Shown one piece after another: positions 43,566 through 53,732 of a DNA stretch of 64,000 bases. The stretch spans positions 1,414 to 65,413 of the forward strand of contig DASSWT010000226.1 of assembly GCA_035704555.1 (NCBI GenBank). The letters are read 5' to 3'. The translations under genes were made by a program, and so were the position numbers. The notes below the pieces were generated by a model that saw only the letters and a program-made list of their open reading frames with translations, had not been told where the DNA came from and did not search any database. Every line of letters starts with the position of its first letter. Within the stretch, counting starts at the first letter, position 1. Source of the stretch: Saccharospirillum sp. Its GTDB lineage: Bacteria > Pseudomonadota > Gammaproteobacteria > Pseudomonadales > Natronospirillaceae.

Positions 43566-43820
43566 TCAGGCAACGATGTTCACAAACTTGCGGCTATGCT
43601 CGCCCTTGGTAACAAATTCGACCTTGCCGTCTGCCTTGGCAAACAGGGTGTGGTCTTTACCGATACCGACGTTGGTGCCAGCGTGAAAACGGGTACCGCG
43701 CTGACGAATGATGATGGAACCGGCTGTGACAGTCTGACCACCGAAGGCTTTCACGCCAAGGCGTTTGCTCTCGGAATCGCGACCGTTACGAGTACTACCA
43801 CCTGCTTTCTTGTGAGCCAT
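43566..43820 (-). CDS. rpmA: 50S ribosomal protein L27
   Basis: [24 protein letters not shown]. Confidence 0.99.
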   Translation of the reverse strand: MAHKKAGGSTRNGRDSESKRLGVKAFGGQTVTAGSIIIRQRGTRFHAGTNVGIGKDHTLFAKADGKVEFVTKGEHSRKFVNIVA

Positions 43821-43832
43821 GGTTTCTCTCCG

Positions 43833-44144
43833 TTATGCTGAAATACCAGTGATTTTAACTTCAGTGAACCACTGACGGTGGCCCATTTGCTTCATGTGGT
43901 GCTTACGACGCTTGAACTTCAGGATCTTCACCTTCTTGTGACGACCATGAGCAACCACCTCGGCAGTTACCTTGGCACCCGCAACAACCGGCGCGCCAAT
44001 GTTCACTTTTTCACCGTTAACCACCAACAGGATTTTATCAAAATCAATGCTAGCACCGGTCTCGGCTTCAATTTTTTCCAGCTTCAGCGTCTCGCCTTCG
44101 CTGACGCGGTACTGCTTGCCACCACTTACGATTACAGCGTACAT
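43833..44144 (-). CDS. rplU: 50S ribosomal protein L21
   Basis: [14 protein letters not shown]...[11 protein letters not shown]. Confidence 0.99.
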   Translation of the reverse strand: MYAVIVSGGKQYRVSEGETLKLEKIEAETGASIDFDKILLVVNGEKVNIGAPVVAGAKVTAEVVAHGRHKKVKILKFKRRKHHMKQMGHRQWFTEVKITGISA

Positions 44145-44270
44145 GTATCTCTCCAATGATTAAAACCAATCCGACCCGCAGCGATTCATTACTTAACCTG
44201 TGTCTAAAGGCAACGCCTACGCTGGGAGCACCCTATAACAGGGAATGAAGCAGGTCGATCAGGGCGCGCA

Positions 44271-44299
44271 ATAATACGGATTTCCAGACCCGGAAGCAA
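44271..44299 (-). promoter_or_regulatory. sigma70 promoter for rplU-rpmA with GC-rich discriminator
   Basis: TTGCTT, 17 nt, TATTAT, followed by TGCGCGCCC. Confidence 0.7.
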
Positions 44300-44340
44300 C
44301 CCCTCAGCGTCGTCTGAACGCTCGCCCCGGCTCCCGGTTC

Positions 44341-44369
44341 TTGACACGACGGCAGGGGCTACCTAGCAT
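44341..44369 (+). promoter_or_regulatory. sigma70 promoter for ispB
   Basis: TTGACA, 17 nt, TAGCAT. Confidence 0.7.
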
Positions 44370-44402
44370 CGCCCGCTGACGTTCACCACAAAGACCCCCC
44401 GC

Positions 44403-45371
44403 ATGGATCAAAAAGCTGTTTTTGCCACCGTCAGTCAGGAATTCGAGGCGGTCAACCAGACCATTCTGTCACAGCTGGAATCCCGGGTGCCGCTGGTGGA
44501 AAAGATTGCTGACTACATTGTCAGCAGCGGTGGCAAGCGGCAGCGTCCCCTGCTGACGCTGCTGGCTGCGGGAGTCAGCGGGGGCATAGAAACCCGCCAT
44601 TACCAGCTGGCAACCGTCATCGAGTTTCTGCATACCGCCACCCTGCTGCATGACGACGTGGTCGACACCTCCGACTTGCGCCGTGGCCGGCCGACAGCGA
44701 ACGCGCGCTGGGGCAACGCCCCCAGCGTGCTGGTCGGTGACTTTTTATACGCCCGGGCCTTTGAATTGCTAGTCGATATCGGCGCCATGCCGGTGATGAA
44801 CCGCCTCGCGGTGGCAACCCGCACCATTGCCGAAGGCGAGGTGCTGCAGCTGATGAACGTGCGCAACCCGGATGCGACCGAAGCCCAGTATATGGACGTG
44901 ATCAAAGGCAAGACCGCCATCCTGTTTCAGGCATCCAGCGAGACGGCCGCCCTGATCAACCAGCAATCTGAAGCCAATACGGAAAAACTGGCAGCCTATG
45001 GGCTGAACCTGGGGCTCGCCTTTCAGCTCATCGACGATGTACTGGATTACGATGGCAATACCGAAACACTGGGCAAGAACGTCGGCGACGATCTGGCGGA
45101 AGGCAAACCCACTCTGCCGCTGATCCATGCCATGCAGAACGCCAGTCCCGATGAAGCCCAGCTGATTCGCCAGGCGATCCGCAAAGGAGGGTTGGAGAAT
45201 CTTGATGCCATCCTCGACATCGTGCACCGCTGTGGTTCCATCGGCTATGTTCGAGACAAGGCGCTGGAGCATGCCGCCATAGCACGTGAGCAACTGGGTG
45301 ATTTTGAGGACTCGGTGTACAAAACGGCGCTGTTGAGTCTGACTGAGATCGCCGTTCAACGCGATTCTTGA
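44403..45371 (+). CDS. ispB: Octaprenyl diphosphate synthase
   Basis: GGKRQRP, LLHDDVVD, LIDDVLDY and GKPTLP motifs. Confidence 0.95.
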   Translation: MDQKAVFATVSQEFEAVNQTILSQLESRVPLVEKIADYIVSSGGKRQRPLLTLLAAGVSGGIETRHYQLATVIEFLHTATLLHDDVVDTSDLRRGRPTANARWGNAPSVLVGDFLYARAFELLVDIGAMPVMNRLAVATRTIAEGEVLQLMNVRNPDATEAQYMDVIKGKTAILFQASSETAALINQQSEANTEKLAAYGLNLGLAFQLIDDVLDYDGNTETLGKNVGDDLAEGKPTLPLIHAMQNASPDEAQLIRQAIRKGGLENLDAILDIVHRCGSIGYVRDKALEHAAIAREQLGDFEDSVYKTALLSLTEIAVQRDS

Positions 45372-45403
45372 TCCAACCCGGGCACTGGCCCGGGCAGATA
45401 ATC

Positions 45404-46141
45404 CTAGCGTTCAGCACCCCGGGCGATCTGAGCATTCACAAAGGCCTGAAGTGCCAGAAAATCCATATCTGAGACAAAGTTAAACTCAATGCCGTAGGCG
45501 GCCATGCTGTTGCTGAGTTCGAACTTATCGAGCTCAGCCCGGATCCGGCTTTCTATGGTAATCACCCGGGTCACATGGCCCACCGTTACCTTGCCGGTCA
45601 ACAGCAGGGTATCCCCGGTTTCACCACAAGGCTGCAAGGTTTCCAGGCGCGCACCGGTTGTCGACAGATCTACAATGGCGCCGAAGGCCCGCTCCTGGCC
45701 GGGCTGACTCTGGTTAACCACCGATACCTGCACGTTTGCCAGCACCCGTTCCGCCTTGCGGATCTCCCCGGCCTCGACCCGGTTTGGCCAGGCCAGATGC
45801 AGATAGGCCGTGGGGATGGAGCACAGGTGCTGTACCTGTGTACGAAAGGCACAGGCGTTCTTGTTGGCGAAGAACCGCAGAATAACCGGCTGCTCCTTAC
45901 GCACCAGCAAGGTACGGCCATCACCGACCACCGGCGTAGTCACCAGCACTGACCGGCCCTGAATATGACCGATAAGCTGGCAATTGTATCGCTTCTCGTC
46001 ACCGGCGATTTCCAGCTTCATACCAAGGCCGACGGGCAGCCTCAACGAGGGGTAATCTACACTGGCCATGGCCAGACATCCTTCAATAAGACCGACAGTA
46101 ACAGACTGGCAATAGTCCGCAGCCGGTTCAGTTTCCACCAT
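45404..46141 (-). CDS. PilZ-domain c-di-GMP-binding (flagellar-brake-like) protein; start may be 46069
   Basis: RKAER (RxxxR) and DLSTTG (DxSxxG) PilZ motifs, with an N-terminal YcgR-like beta domain. Confidence 0.82.
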   Translation of the reverse strand: MVETEPAADYCQSVTVGLIEGCLAMASVDYPSLRLPVGLGMKLEIAGDEKRYNCQLIGHIQGRSVLVTTPVVGDGRTLLVRKEQPVILRFFANKNACAFRTQVQHLCSIPTAYLHLAWPNRVEAGEIRKAERVLANVQVSVVNQSQPGQERAFGAIVDLSTTGARLETLQPCGETGDTLLLTGKVTVGHVTRVITIESRIRAELDKFELSNSMAAYGIEFNFVSDMDFLALQAFVNAQIARGAER

Positions 46142-47350
46142 CTACGTCCCACTGAAATACAACTGCTCACGCGTTGAATCAATGAGTTCGCGCAATTGTC
46201 GCTCGGTCAGTGCCGCACCATTTGACAGCCAGGGCTCCCAGAAAGAACGCGCCGGCATTAAACGGTCATCGGTCGCGGGCCGAAAATCTTTACGGTCCTG
46301 TGCGTCGATTCGCCGCAAATACCCCAGCATTTCCAGCCCGGCGACGTTGGCAACCATATCCTCAGCACTGAAACCAGAGCTGCGCGTTTCGGCATCCGAC
46401 CACTCTTTGTAGATGGTCAGTTCCAGTGCCGCATCCGGGTTCATTTGCGTACCCAGCCACATGGCCAGGGTAAAATGCCGTGCCAGATCATAGCGGCCAT
46501 GCAACGTCAGGCGCTGGCCGGAAAGTTTGGGTAAATCGACGCCAGGCCGCATGCCCGACACCGACCCCAGTGTCGCATAGGAGAGCGCACCAAACACAGC
46601 ACTGCCATCCTGCTCAAAATCCAGGCCGGGGCGCTGAACCAGAGCGGTCAGAACATCCCGCAGCGGAATCCGTTGGCGGCCATCGGCGGCGAAAAAGTCA
46701 TTGATCCACTTTACCTCCTCAACCAAGCGCTCCCGCTGCCCGGTGTCTGACCAGAAAGGCGCGAAGTCCATCATCCAGCCCGACAACTCCGGATCATTCC
46801 ACTTGGTTGAAAACCGTAGGTTTCCATCGCCCAGCTCCACCACCGGGTTCAACGTCTGCCACAGCTGCTCGGCATCTCGCACGGCAGGCAGCTCTGCCAA
46901 TCGTGCATTTAACCAGCTTACCGCCCAGCCCGGCATCGTCACACCGCTCACCCACAAACGCTGCAGGCTGAATGGCTCACCGGGCGTCCAGGTCAGTCGC
47001 AGTGGCAAAAAGCGGTCCAGTATCCGTATCGGGTACCAGGCTTCCAGTTGCAGTTCCTCTGGTGTGATACGTGCCCTGAATTGCGTGTGGGTCAGCGCCG
47101 GCTGGGTAGACGCCAGCAGGATAGCCAGTTTCTGCACATCGTCTTGCTGCACTGTCAGCGAGACCGACTGCCCGGGTTCCAGCCGCGCAGGATGATACTC
47201 ATCCAGCCACTGACGATATTTGCTCAGATCAGAAAAAGGAATGATCGTTCGGGGTGCGCTGTCACCCGGGACCGTCACCGACCAGACAAAAAGTACCAGC
47301 GCCAGTACCAGGATGATCACCGCCAGAGCCAGGCGCCGCATCCAGATCAC
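46142..47350 (-). CDS. Hypothetical membrane-anchored protein
   Basis: 402-aa ORF with an N-terminal TM helix. Its start overlaps the upstream stop (ATGA) and it abuts the PilZ gene. Confidence 0.75.
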   Translation of the reverse strand: MIWMRRLALAVIILVLALVLFVWSVTVPGDSAPRTIIPFSDLSKYRQWLDEYHPARLEPGQSVSLTVQQDDVQKLAILLASTQPALTHTQFRARITPEELQLEAWYPIRILDRFLPLRLTWTPGEPFSLQRLWVSGVTMPGWAVSWLNARLAELPAVRDAEQLWQTLNPVVELGDGNLRFSTKWNDPELSGWMMDFAPFWSDTGQRERLVEEVKWINDFFAADGRQRIPLRDVLTALVQRPGLDFEQDGSAVFGALSYATLGSVSGMRPGVDLPKLSGQRLTLHGRYDLARHFTLAMWLGTQMNPDAALELTIYKEWSDAETRSSGFSAEDMVANVAGLEMLGYLRRIDAQDRKDFRPATDDRLMPARSFWEPWLSNGAALTERQLRELIDSTREQLYFSGT

Positions 47351-48261
47351 GAAGGCACCTCGGTATCGGATGGCTCCACCGGAGGTTCAAAACTGAGTTT
47401 CAGTGCGTCCTGGACACCACGCCGCCAGGGCAGTTGTTTGATGCCAAAGGTGGCCAGAATTTTCTTGGTACTCAGTTCCAGGTTCTGTGGTTTCAGGCTC
47501 TCGTCCTGGCCCGGTGGATAAATAGCTTCGACCGACTCGACTTCAACATCAATGCAGGATTTTGCCGCCTTAACGATGGCTTCGGCGAAAATGTGCCAGT
47601 GGGTCACATCGCTGCCGGCATAGTGGTAAGTCCCCCACAACGGCGGCTCCACATCACAGTCAACCTGCTCCAGCATGGCTATCATCACCCGCGCCAGATC
47701 CGCTGCAGCCGTGGGACAGCCTCGCTGGGTATCTACAACCCGGATGACATCGTGCTGTTGCGCCTCAGCCACAATATGGGTCAGAAAATTAGGGCCGTCG
47801 GCACTAAACACCCAGGAAGAGCGCAGAATCAAATGGCGTTCGCAATGATCGCGCACGGCTTGTTCCGCCAACAGAAAATCACGGCCAGCCGAGGTTACCG
47901 GATGCATCGTATCCTGTTCGGCATAAGCCGTGGCCTTGCTCCCATCAAAGACCTGCTCGCTCGACACCTGCAGCAAGGGGATGCCAGCCTGCTGACAGGC
48001 CCCTGCAAGCACTGCGACACCCTGGTCCATCAGGTGCGGCCAGCGGGAGTCAACCGTAATGTTAGGCATCAGGTCATTGTGCACATAGGCATTGATGACG
48101 TAATCGGGGCGGTGTTCTTTAAGCAGTGCAGCCACGGCCACGGCATCGGTCAGATCCAGCTGGGCATCGGGAACCAGCACGGCCTGGATATTCCGGGCCG
48201 CCACGAGCCGGCCCAGCGCACGCGCCAGTTGCCCCTCGGCGTCAGTAACCAGTAATTTCAC
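47347..48261 (-). CDS. RmlD/RfbD-like sugar-nucleotide-binding SDR protein with degenerate motifs
   Basis: SSEQVFDG, LRSSWVFS, GCPT and GTYHYAG are present. The Rossmann and catalytic motifs are altered. Confidence 0.82.
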   Translation of the reverse strand: MKLLVTDAEGQLARALGRLVAARNIQAVLVPDAQLDLTDAVAVAALLKEHRPDYVINAYVHNDLMPNITVDSRWPHLMDQGVAVLAGACQQAGIPLLQVSSEQVFDGSKATAYAEQDTMHPVTSAGRDFLLAEQAVRDHCERHLILRSSWVFSADGPNFLTHIVAEAQQHDVIRVVDTQRGCPTAAADLARVMIAMLEQVDCDVEPPLWGTYHYAGSDVTHWHIFAEAIVKAAKSCIDVEVESVEAIYPPGQDESLKPQNLELSTKKILATFGIKQLPWRRGVQDALKLSFEPPVEPSDTEVPS

Positions 48262-48273
48262 CCTGATAAAGCC

Positions 48274-48840
48274 TTAAAACGGGATATCGTCGTCAAAATC
48301 GTCGAAGTTATTGGCTGGTTGATGTCCTGTTTGCGGTGCCGGCTGGCTCGGTGCAGGCGCCGGAGAGGGTTTGCCGCCAAAGCCACCCTGAGGCTGACCA
48401 CCAAACCCACCGGAGGACTGGGGTGCATTGCCCTGATAGCCGGTATTCTGGTTGCCCTGACCAGCGAAGCCGCCACTCTGACCCGCACCCGGGTTGTCGC
48501 TGCGACCACCGATAAACTGCATTTCGTTGGCCACAATCTCGGTGCTGTATTTCTCAACACCGTTCTGGTCCTGCCATTTGCGGGTTTGCAGGCGACCTTC
48601 AATATAAACCTGTGAGCCCTTGCGCAGATAGGTCGCCGCGTTCTCAGCCATGCGGCCAAAAATCACAATACGGTGCCATTCGGTGCTGTCGGACCGGTTG
48701 CCCTGCTCGTCGCGGGGCCCCAGTTCATTGGTAGCCACATTCAGGTTGACCACCTGAGTGCCCGAGGCGGTAGCCCGCACGTCCGGGTCCTGCCCAAGGC
48801 GCCCCAGGATAATCACTTTGTTAACTGTTCCGCGTGCCAT
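48274..48840 (-). CDS. ssb: Single-stranded DNA-binding protein
   Basis: VNKVIILGRLGQDP, EGRLQTRKW and C-terminal DDDIPF. Confidence 0.98.
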   Translation of the reverse strand: MARGTVNKVIILGRLGQDPDVRATASGTQVVNLNVATNELGPRDEQGNRSDSTEWHRIVIFGRMAENAATYLRKGSQVYIEGRLQTRKWQDQNGVEKYSTEIVANEMQFIGGRSDNPGAGQSGGFAGQGNQNTGYQGNAPQSSGGFGGQPQGGFGGKPSPAPAPSQPAPQTGHQPANNFDDFDDDIPF

Positions 48841-48978
48841 AGAGTTGCGTCCTATTCTGTAAAAGTCATTTCAGGGAGGCCACCCGTGCACCTGCACCCC
48901 GGTGTTCCCTGCGTCAGTCGTTGTTATCTTTGAACCGCTCATGCGATAAATCAAGGGGCTGTATACCAGCCCGCCTGG

Positions 48979-50211
48979 TTATGAGCGCAGCGACAGGTCC
49001 GGATCATCGCCGCTTGCCTGGCGGCTGGCCGAACCGGCCGATGAACCAGCCACACTCCGATCAAGCGCCCATAGTAACACCATCCACACCAGCATCACTG
49101 CGATGCTGATCATAGCAATGCCCATCATTTCCCATTGCTGGTAGGCCCAACCGCCACAGAGCCCACCCAGGGCCGCACCCAGAAACTGACCGGTTGAAAA
49201 CACGCCCATGGCGGTGCCCCGTGCATGTTCGGGGGCACGACGGCTAATCAGCGACGGCAGGCTGGCTTCGACAAAGTTAAAGCCCACGAAGAACAACCAG
49301 ACCAGGCCGATACTCAGCCAGGCCACTGAACTCAGCCCGAGACCTGCCATGGCCAGGGTGATAAAAGCCCCGGCAAGGATCAAAAACACCCGATGCGCCT
49401 TGCGACGCTCAGCCAGCGCAATCATCGGCACCATGCCTAAAAAGGACAACACCATCACCGGCGCATAAACCCAGCCGAGCTGGTCACCCAGCACGCCTTG
49501 CTGAACCAGCACGACCGGCAACCCGACAAACATCATCGTCATGGTCAGGTGCAATACAAACACACCGATATTCAAGGGCACCAGTTGGCGGTCACGAACC
49601 ACCCTTCCGAGCTGACTGCCCTGCCAGCGACGCTCTTCATGTACTTTCGCTGCCGGTGGAGCCGGTAACCAGAACACGATCACCAGGCCAGCCAGCGCCA
49701 TCAGCGAGGTCGCCCAGAACACCCCGGACAACCCAAACGCACTGGCGATCACCGGGCCAACAATCACCGCCAGCACAAAGGAGCCACCAATAATGGCGCC
49801 AACGATGGCCATCGCCTTGGTACGCTCTTCCGGGCGAGTATAATCGGCCAGCAACGCCAGAATAACACTGGCAATGGCGCCCGCACCCTGTAGAGCACGG
49901 CCAATCACCACACCTAGCACATGCTCGGAAAGGGCTGCGATCACCGACCCGAGGATAAATATCAACAAACCGGCGGCGATAACGGGTTTACGGCCAAACC
50001 GATCAGACAGCATCCCCAGAGGAATCTGCAGCACCGCCTGGGTAATGCCATAGATCCCCAACGCAATACCCAACAGCACGGTGGTGGCACCGGTCAGAGA
50101 CTGGCCATACAAGGTCAGAATCGGCAGTACCATGAAAAGACCGAGCATGCGCGAGGCATACAACAGTGCCAAGCCTGTCAGCGCCTTTTTTTCCAAACTA
50201 TTAAAAGCCAT
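48979..50211 (-). CDS. yajR: MFS transporter, YajR family
   Basis: RMLGLFMVLP, GIYGITQAVLQIP and GRALQGAGA motifs. Conserved uvrA-MFS-ssb order. Confidence 0.85.
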   Translation of the reverse strand: MAFNSLEKKALTGLALLYASRMLGLFMVLPILTLYGQSLTGATTVLLGIALGIYGITQAVLQIPLGMLSDRFGRKPVIAAGLLIFILGSVIAALSEHVLGVVIGRALQGAGAIASVILALLADYTRPEERTKAMAIVGAIIGGSFVLAVIVGPVIASAFGLSGVFWATSLMALAGLVIVFWLPAPPAAKVHEERRWQGSQLGRVVRDRQLVPLNIGVFVLHLTMTMMFVGLPVVLVQQGVLGDQLGWVYAPVMVLSFLGMVPMIALAERRKAHRVFLILAGAFITLAMAGLGLSSVAWLSIGLVWLFFVGFNFVEASLPSLISRRAPEHARGTAMGVFSTGQFLGAALGGLCGGWAYQQWEMMGIAMISIAVMLVWMVLLWALDRSVAGSSAGSASRQASGDDPDLSLRS

Positions 50212-50387
50212 ATATCGGCAGTGTCCGTAATGTCCCAGGTTCAGAGCCCAGGCTGATCAATTGAGTCTGTTAACTAGAGTCGATACAAAGTCGCGCATGG
50301 TACCAGAAATGATTCCGGTTAGGCTTGCCACAGGCGGGTATTTTCCACGTCGGTTGCACTGTATTCGCGGGTTACTTAGTCGACACA

Positions 50388-50510
50388 GCCTGAATCCGTG
50401 CCCGACATCGGGTACGCCCCTGACGGGACGCTGCAAGTACATCCATGTAAGCTCGGCGGTCCCCATCCATGGGGACCGACGCCCGCCAGGGGCGCACCCG
50501 ATGCCAGGCA
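50388..50510 (+). repeat. Hairpin element copy R5 with a variant core
   Basis: Stem 50406-50427/50482-50503, 54-nt core, inner hairpin CGGTCCCCAT-CC-ATGGGGACCG, and arm AATCCGTGCCCGACATCGGG similar to R2 and R6. Confidence 0.8.
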
Positions 50511-50562
50511 CTAGCCTGAGTCGGCAACCTTAGCTATAAAGCGATTCAGGATATTCTGAAAC

Positions 50563-50591
50563 TTGGGTTCTGTACGTTTATACAGTAAACT
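50563..50591 (+). promoter_or_regulatory. LexA (SOS) box CTGT-N8-ACAG inside a putative uvrA sigma70 promoter
   Basis: CTGTACGTTTATACAG at 50570-50585, with TTGGGT (50563-50568), 17 nt, TAAACT (50586-50591). Confidence 0.85.
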
Positions 50592-50606
50592 GGGCCGCTT
50601 GCTTAG

Positions 50607-50790
50607 CTCAAGTTTCGGAGTTCGCCACCAACTGAGTGTCAGGTGCCGGGTATGCCTATCTGGGGAAGCCTGAGGCATGAATGCCGAAGTCTAGGCCCCA
50701 TGGATGGGTTAACGCCGGCCCCAGATAGGCATACCCGGTGCCGGACACGGATTCCTGGCACCAAGTCAAACCCGAACTCCGAAACTTGAG
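50607..50790 (-). mobile_element. MITE-like element enclosing hairpin copy R6
   Basis: CTCAAGTTTCGGAGTTCG at 50607-50624 and its reverse complement at 50773-50790. Perfect stem 50646-50665/50719-50738. Confidence 0.8.
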
Positions 50791-50853
50791 TTGCTTAACT
50801 GCCCAGCCTGGCAGTCGCAACCATCATCGTAACAGCCGGAAAAAGAGGAAGGC

Positions 50854-53703
50854 ATGGACAAGATTTCCGTCCAGGGGGCTCGCACCCATAACCTGAAGAA
50901 CATCGATGTGGACATCCCACGCGATAAACTCGTCGTTATTACCGGCCTGTCCGGGTCGGGCAAATCGTCCCTGGCTTTCGATACTCTCTATGCCGAAGGC
51001 CAGCGTCGCTACGTCGAATCATTATCGACCTATGCCCGCCAGTTCCTGTCGATGATGGAAAAGCCCGATGTCGATCACATCGAAGGGCTGTCGCCGGCCA
51101 TTTCCATCGAGCAGAAGACCACCAGCCATAACCCGCGCTCAACCGTGGGCACCACCACCGAAATTTACGACTATCTGCGCCTGCTGTATGCGCGGGTGGG
51201 CGAACCACGCTGCCCCGAGCACGATGAACCGCTGGAAGCCCAGACCATCAGCCAGATGGTCGACCAGGTGCTGGCGCTGCCCGAGGGCAGCAAGCTGATG
51301 ATGCTGGCGCCAATCATTGATGACCGCAAGGGTGAGCACCTGCATGTATTCAACGAACTGCGCTCTCAGGGGTTCGTGCGGGTGCGGGTCGATGGCACGG
51401 TTATGGACCTCGATGAAGTGCCCGAGCTCGATAAGAAACGCAAGCACAGCATCGAAGCCGTGGTTGACCGCTTCAAGGTACGGGACGATCTGAAATTGCG
51501 CCTGGCGGAATCCTTCGAGACCTGCCTGACGCTCTCTGGCGGCATCGTAAAAATGGTCTACATGGACGGCGACGGGCCTGACATGCTGTTTTCCAACCGC
51601 TTTGCCTGCCCGGTCTGCGGCTATTCCATTGCCGAACTCGAACCGCGTATGTTCTCGTTCAACAACCCGGCCGGTGCCTGCGAGCAGTGCGACGGCCTGG
51701 GCATGAAACAGTATTTCGACGGCAGCAAGGTGGTGCGCGACACGGCCCTGTCGCTGGCCGAAGGGGCGATACCCGGCTGGGACCGGCGCTCGGTCTATTA
51801 TTTCAGTCAGTTGCAATCCCTTGGCGAGCATTACGGCGTCGACATCGACCAGCCGTTCAAAGACCTGCCCAAGCGTTTTCAACGCTATGTACTGGACGGT
51901 ACCGGCAAAACAGAAATCGATTTCTCCTATGTGAACAGCCGAGGCGCCACCTACTCGCGCAGCCATGCCTTTGAAGGCGTGATGCCCAATATGGAGCGCC
52001 GCTACCGGGAAACCGACAGCCAGATGGTGCGCGAAGAATTGTCGAAGTTCCTTACCGAACAGGACTGTCCGGGCTGTCACGGCAGCCGTTTGAAACAAAG
52101 CGCACGCCATGTATTTGTCAAAGGCATCAACTTGCCCGAAGTTACTCACATGGCCATTGGCGACTCCCTGACCTACTTCCAGGAACTGACGCTGACCGGC
52201 TCACGCGCCCAGATCGCCGACAAGATCCTGCGTGAAATTGTTCAGCGCATGACCTTTCTGGTCAACGTCGGGCTCGACTACCTGACGCTCGACCGCAGCG
52301 CCGACACCCTCTCCGGCGGTGAAACCCAGCGCATTCGCCTCGCCAGCCAGATCGGCGCCGGCCTGGTTGGCGTGATGTACATTCTGGACGAACCCTCCAT
52401 CGGTCTGCACCAGCGCGACAACGACCGCCTGCTGGAAACCCTGACCAACCTGCGCGATATGGGCAACACCGTTTTGGTAGTCGAGCACGATGAAGACGCC
52501 ATTCGCGCAGCCGACTTTGTGCTCGACATCGGCCCCGGTGCCGGTATTCATGGCGGGCACATCGTCGCCTCGGGCACCCCGGCCGACATCATGGCCCACC
52601 CCGAGTCGCTGACCGGTCAGTACCTGAGTGGCAAACAGCGCATTGAGGTACCGAAAAAACTAACGCCGATGGACCCGAAGAAACTCATTACCATCACCGG
52701 TGCGCGCGGAAACAACCTCAACGATGTGACCCTGAACCTGCCAGTCGGTCTCTTTACCTGCGTCACCGGGGTATCCGGTTCCGGTAAATCAACACTGATC
52801 AACCAAACACTGCACCCACTGGCGGCTACTGTTCTGAACAAAGCCACCACCCTGACCCCGGCGGCGCATGAGAGCATCAGTGGCCTGGAGCATTTCGACA
52901 AGGCGGTCGACATCGACCAGAGCCCGATCGGCCGTACCCCGCGCTCGAACCCGGCGACCTATACCGGCATATTCACCGCCATCCGCGAACTGTTCGCGGG
53001 CACCCAGGAAGCGCGGTCACGCGGTTACCAGCCGGGGCGGTTCAGCTTTAACGTCAAGGGCGGTCGTTGCGAGGCTTGCCAGGGCGATGGCCTGATCAAG
53101 GTGGAAATGCACTTCCTGGCCGATATCTACGTCCCCTGCGATGTATGCACTGGCAAACGTTACAACCGTGAGACGCTCGACATCCGATACAAAGGCAAGA
53201 ACATTCACGAAGTGCTGGAAATGACCATCGAAGAGGGCCGAGCCTTCTTCGACGCCATTCCGGCGCTGTCACGCAAGCTGCAAACCCTGATTGATGTCGG
53301 CCTGACCTACGTCAAACTGGGGCAAAGCGCGACCACCCTGTCGGGCGGTGAAGCCCAGCGCGTCAAGCTGGCGCGGGAACTGTCGAAGCGCGACACCGGT
53401 AATACGCTGTACATTCTGGATGAGCCCACCACCGGCCTGCATTTTCACGACATCAAGCAATTGCTGGCGGTCCTGCACCGGCTGCGTGACCACGGCAACA
53501 CCGTCGTGGTGATCGAACACAACCTGGATGTCATCAAAACGGCTGACTGGATCATAGATTTGGGACCGGAAGGCGGTAGTCGTGGCGGTTACATCATCGC
53601 CGAGGGCACGCCCAAAGACGTAGCCAATAACAAGGCCTCGGCGACCGGTAAGTACCTGAAGCCGCTGCTGAAAGCCGGCGCAAAAGCCCTGGAAACGGCC
53701 TAA
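50854..53703 (+). CDS. uvrA: Excinuclease ABC subunit A
   Basis: [18 protein letters not shown], two LSGGE signatures and zinc fingers. Confidence 0.99.
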   Translation: MDKISVQGARTHNLKNIDVDIPRDKLVVITGLSGSGKSSLAFDTLYAEGQRRYVESLSTYARQFLSMMEKPDVDHIEGLSPAISIEQKTTSHNPRSTVGTTTEIYDYLRLLYARVGEPRCPEHDEPLEAQTISQMVDQVLALPEGSKLMMLAPIIDDRKGEHLHVFNELRSQGFVRVRVDGTVMDLDEVPELDKKRKHSIEAVVDRFKVRDDLKLRLAESFETCLTLSGGIVKMVYMDGDGPDMLFSNRFACPVCGYSIAELEPRMFSFNNPAGACEQCDGLGMKQYFDGSKVVRDTALSLAEGAIPGWDRRSVYYFSQLQSLGEHYGVDIDQPFKDLPKRFQRYVLDGTGKTEIDFSYVNSRGATYSRSHAFEGVMPNMERRYRETDSQMVREELSKFLTEQDCPGCHGSRLKQSARHVFVKGINLPEVTHMAIGDSLTYFQELTLTGSRAQIADKILREIVQRMTFLVNVGLDYLTLDRSADTLSGGETQRIRLASQIGAGLVGVMYILDEPSIGLHQRDNDRLLETLTNLRDMGNTVLVVEHDEDAIRAADFVLDIGPGAGIHGGHIVASGTPADIMAHPESLTGQYLSGKQRIEVPKKLTPMDPKKLITITGARGNNLNDVTLNLPVGLFTCVTGVSGSGKSTLINQTLHPLAATVLNKATTLTPAAHESISGLEHFDKAVDIDQSPIGRTPRSNPATYTGIFTAIRELFAGTQEARSRGYQPGRFSFNVKGGRCEACQGDGLIKVEMHFLADIYVPCDVCTGKRYNRETLDIRYKGKNIHEVLEMTIEEGRAFFDAIPALSRKLQTLIDVGLTYVKLGQSATTLSGGEAQRVKLARELSKRDTGNTLYILDEPTTGLHFHDIKQLLAVLHRLRDHGNTVVVIEHNLDVIKTADWIIDLGPEGGSRGGYIIAEGTPKDVANNKASATGKYLKPLLKAGAKALETA

Positions 53704-53706
53704 CAC

Positions 53707-53732
53707 AAGAACCCCGTTAGCGGGGTTCTTTT
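53707..53732. terminator. Bidirectional terminator between uvrA and mazG, overlapping the last mazG codons
   Basis: AAGAACCCCG-TTAG-CGGGGTTCTT followed by TT. Confidence 0.8.

Noticed and set aside
48840-48978. Possible LexA box upstream of ssb
   Set aside because: The CTGT-containing stretches do not give CTGT-N8-ACAG spacing.
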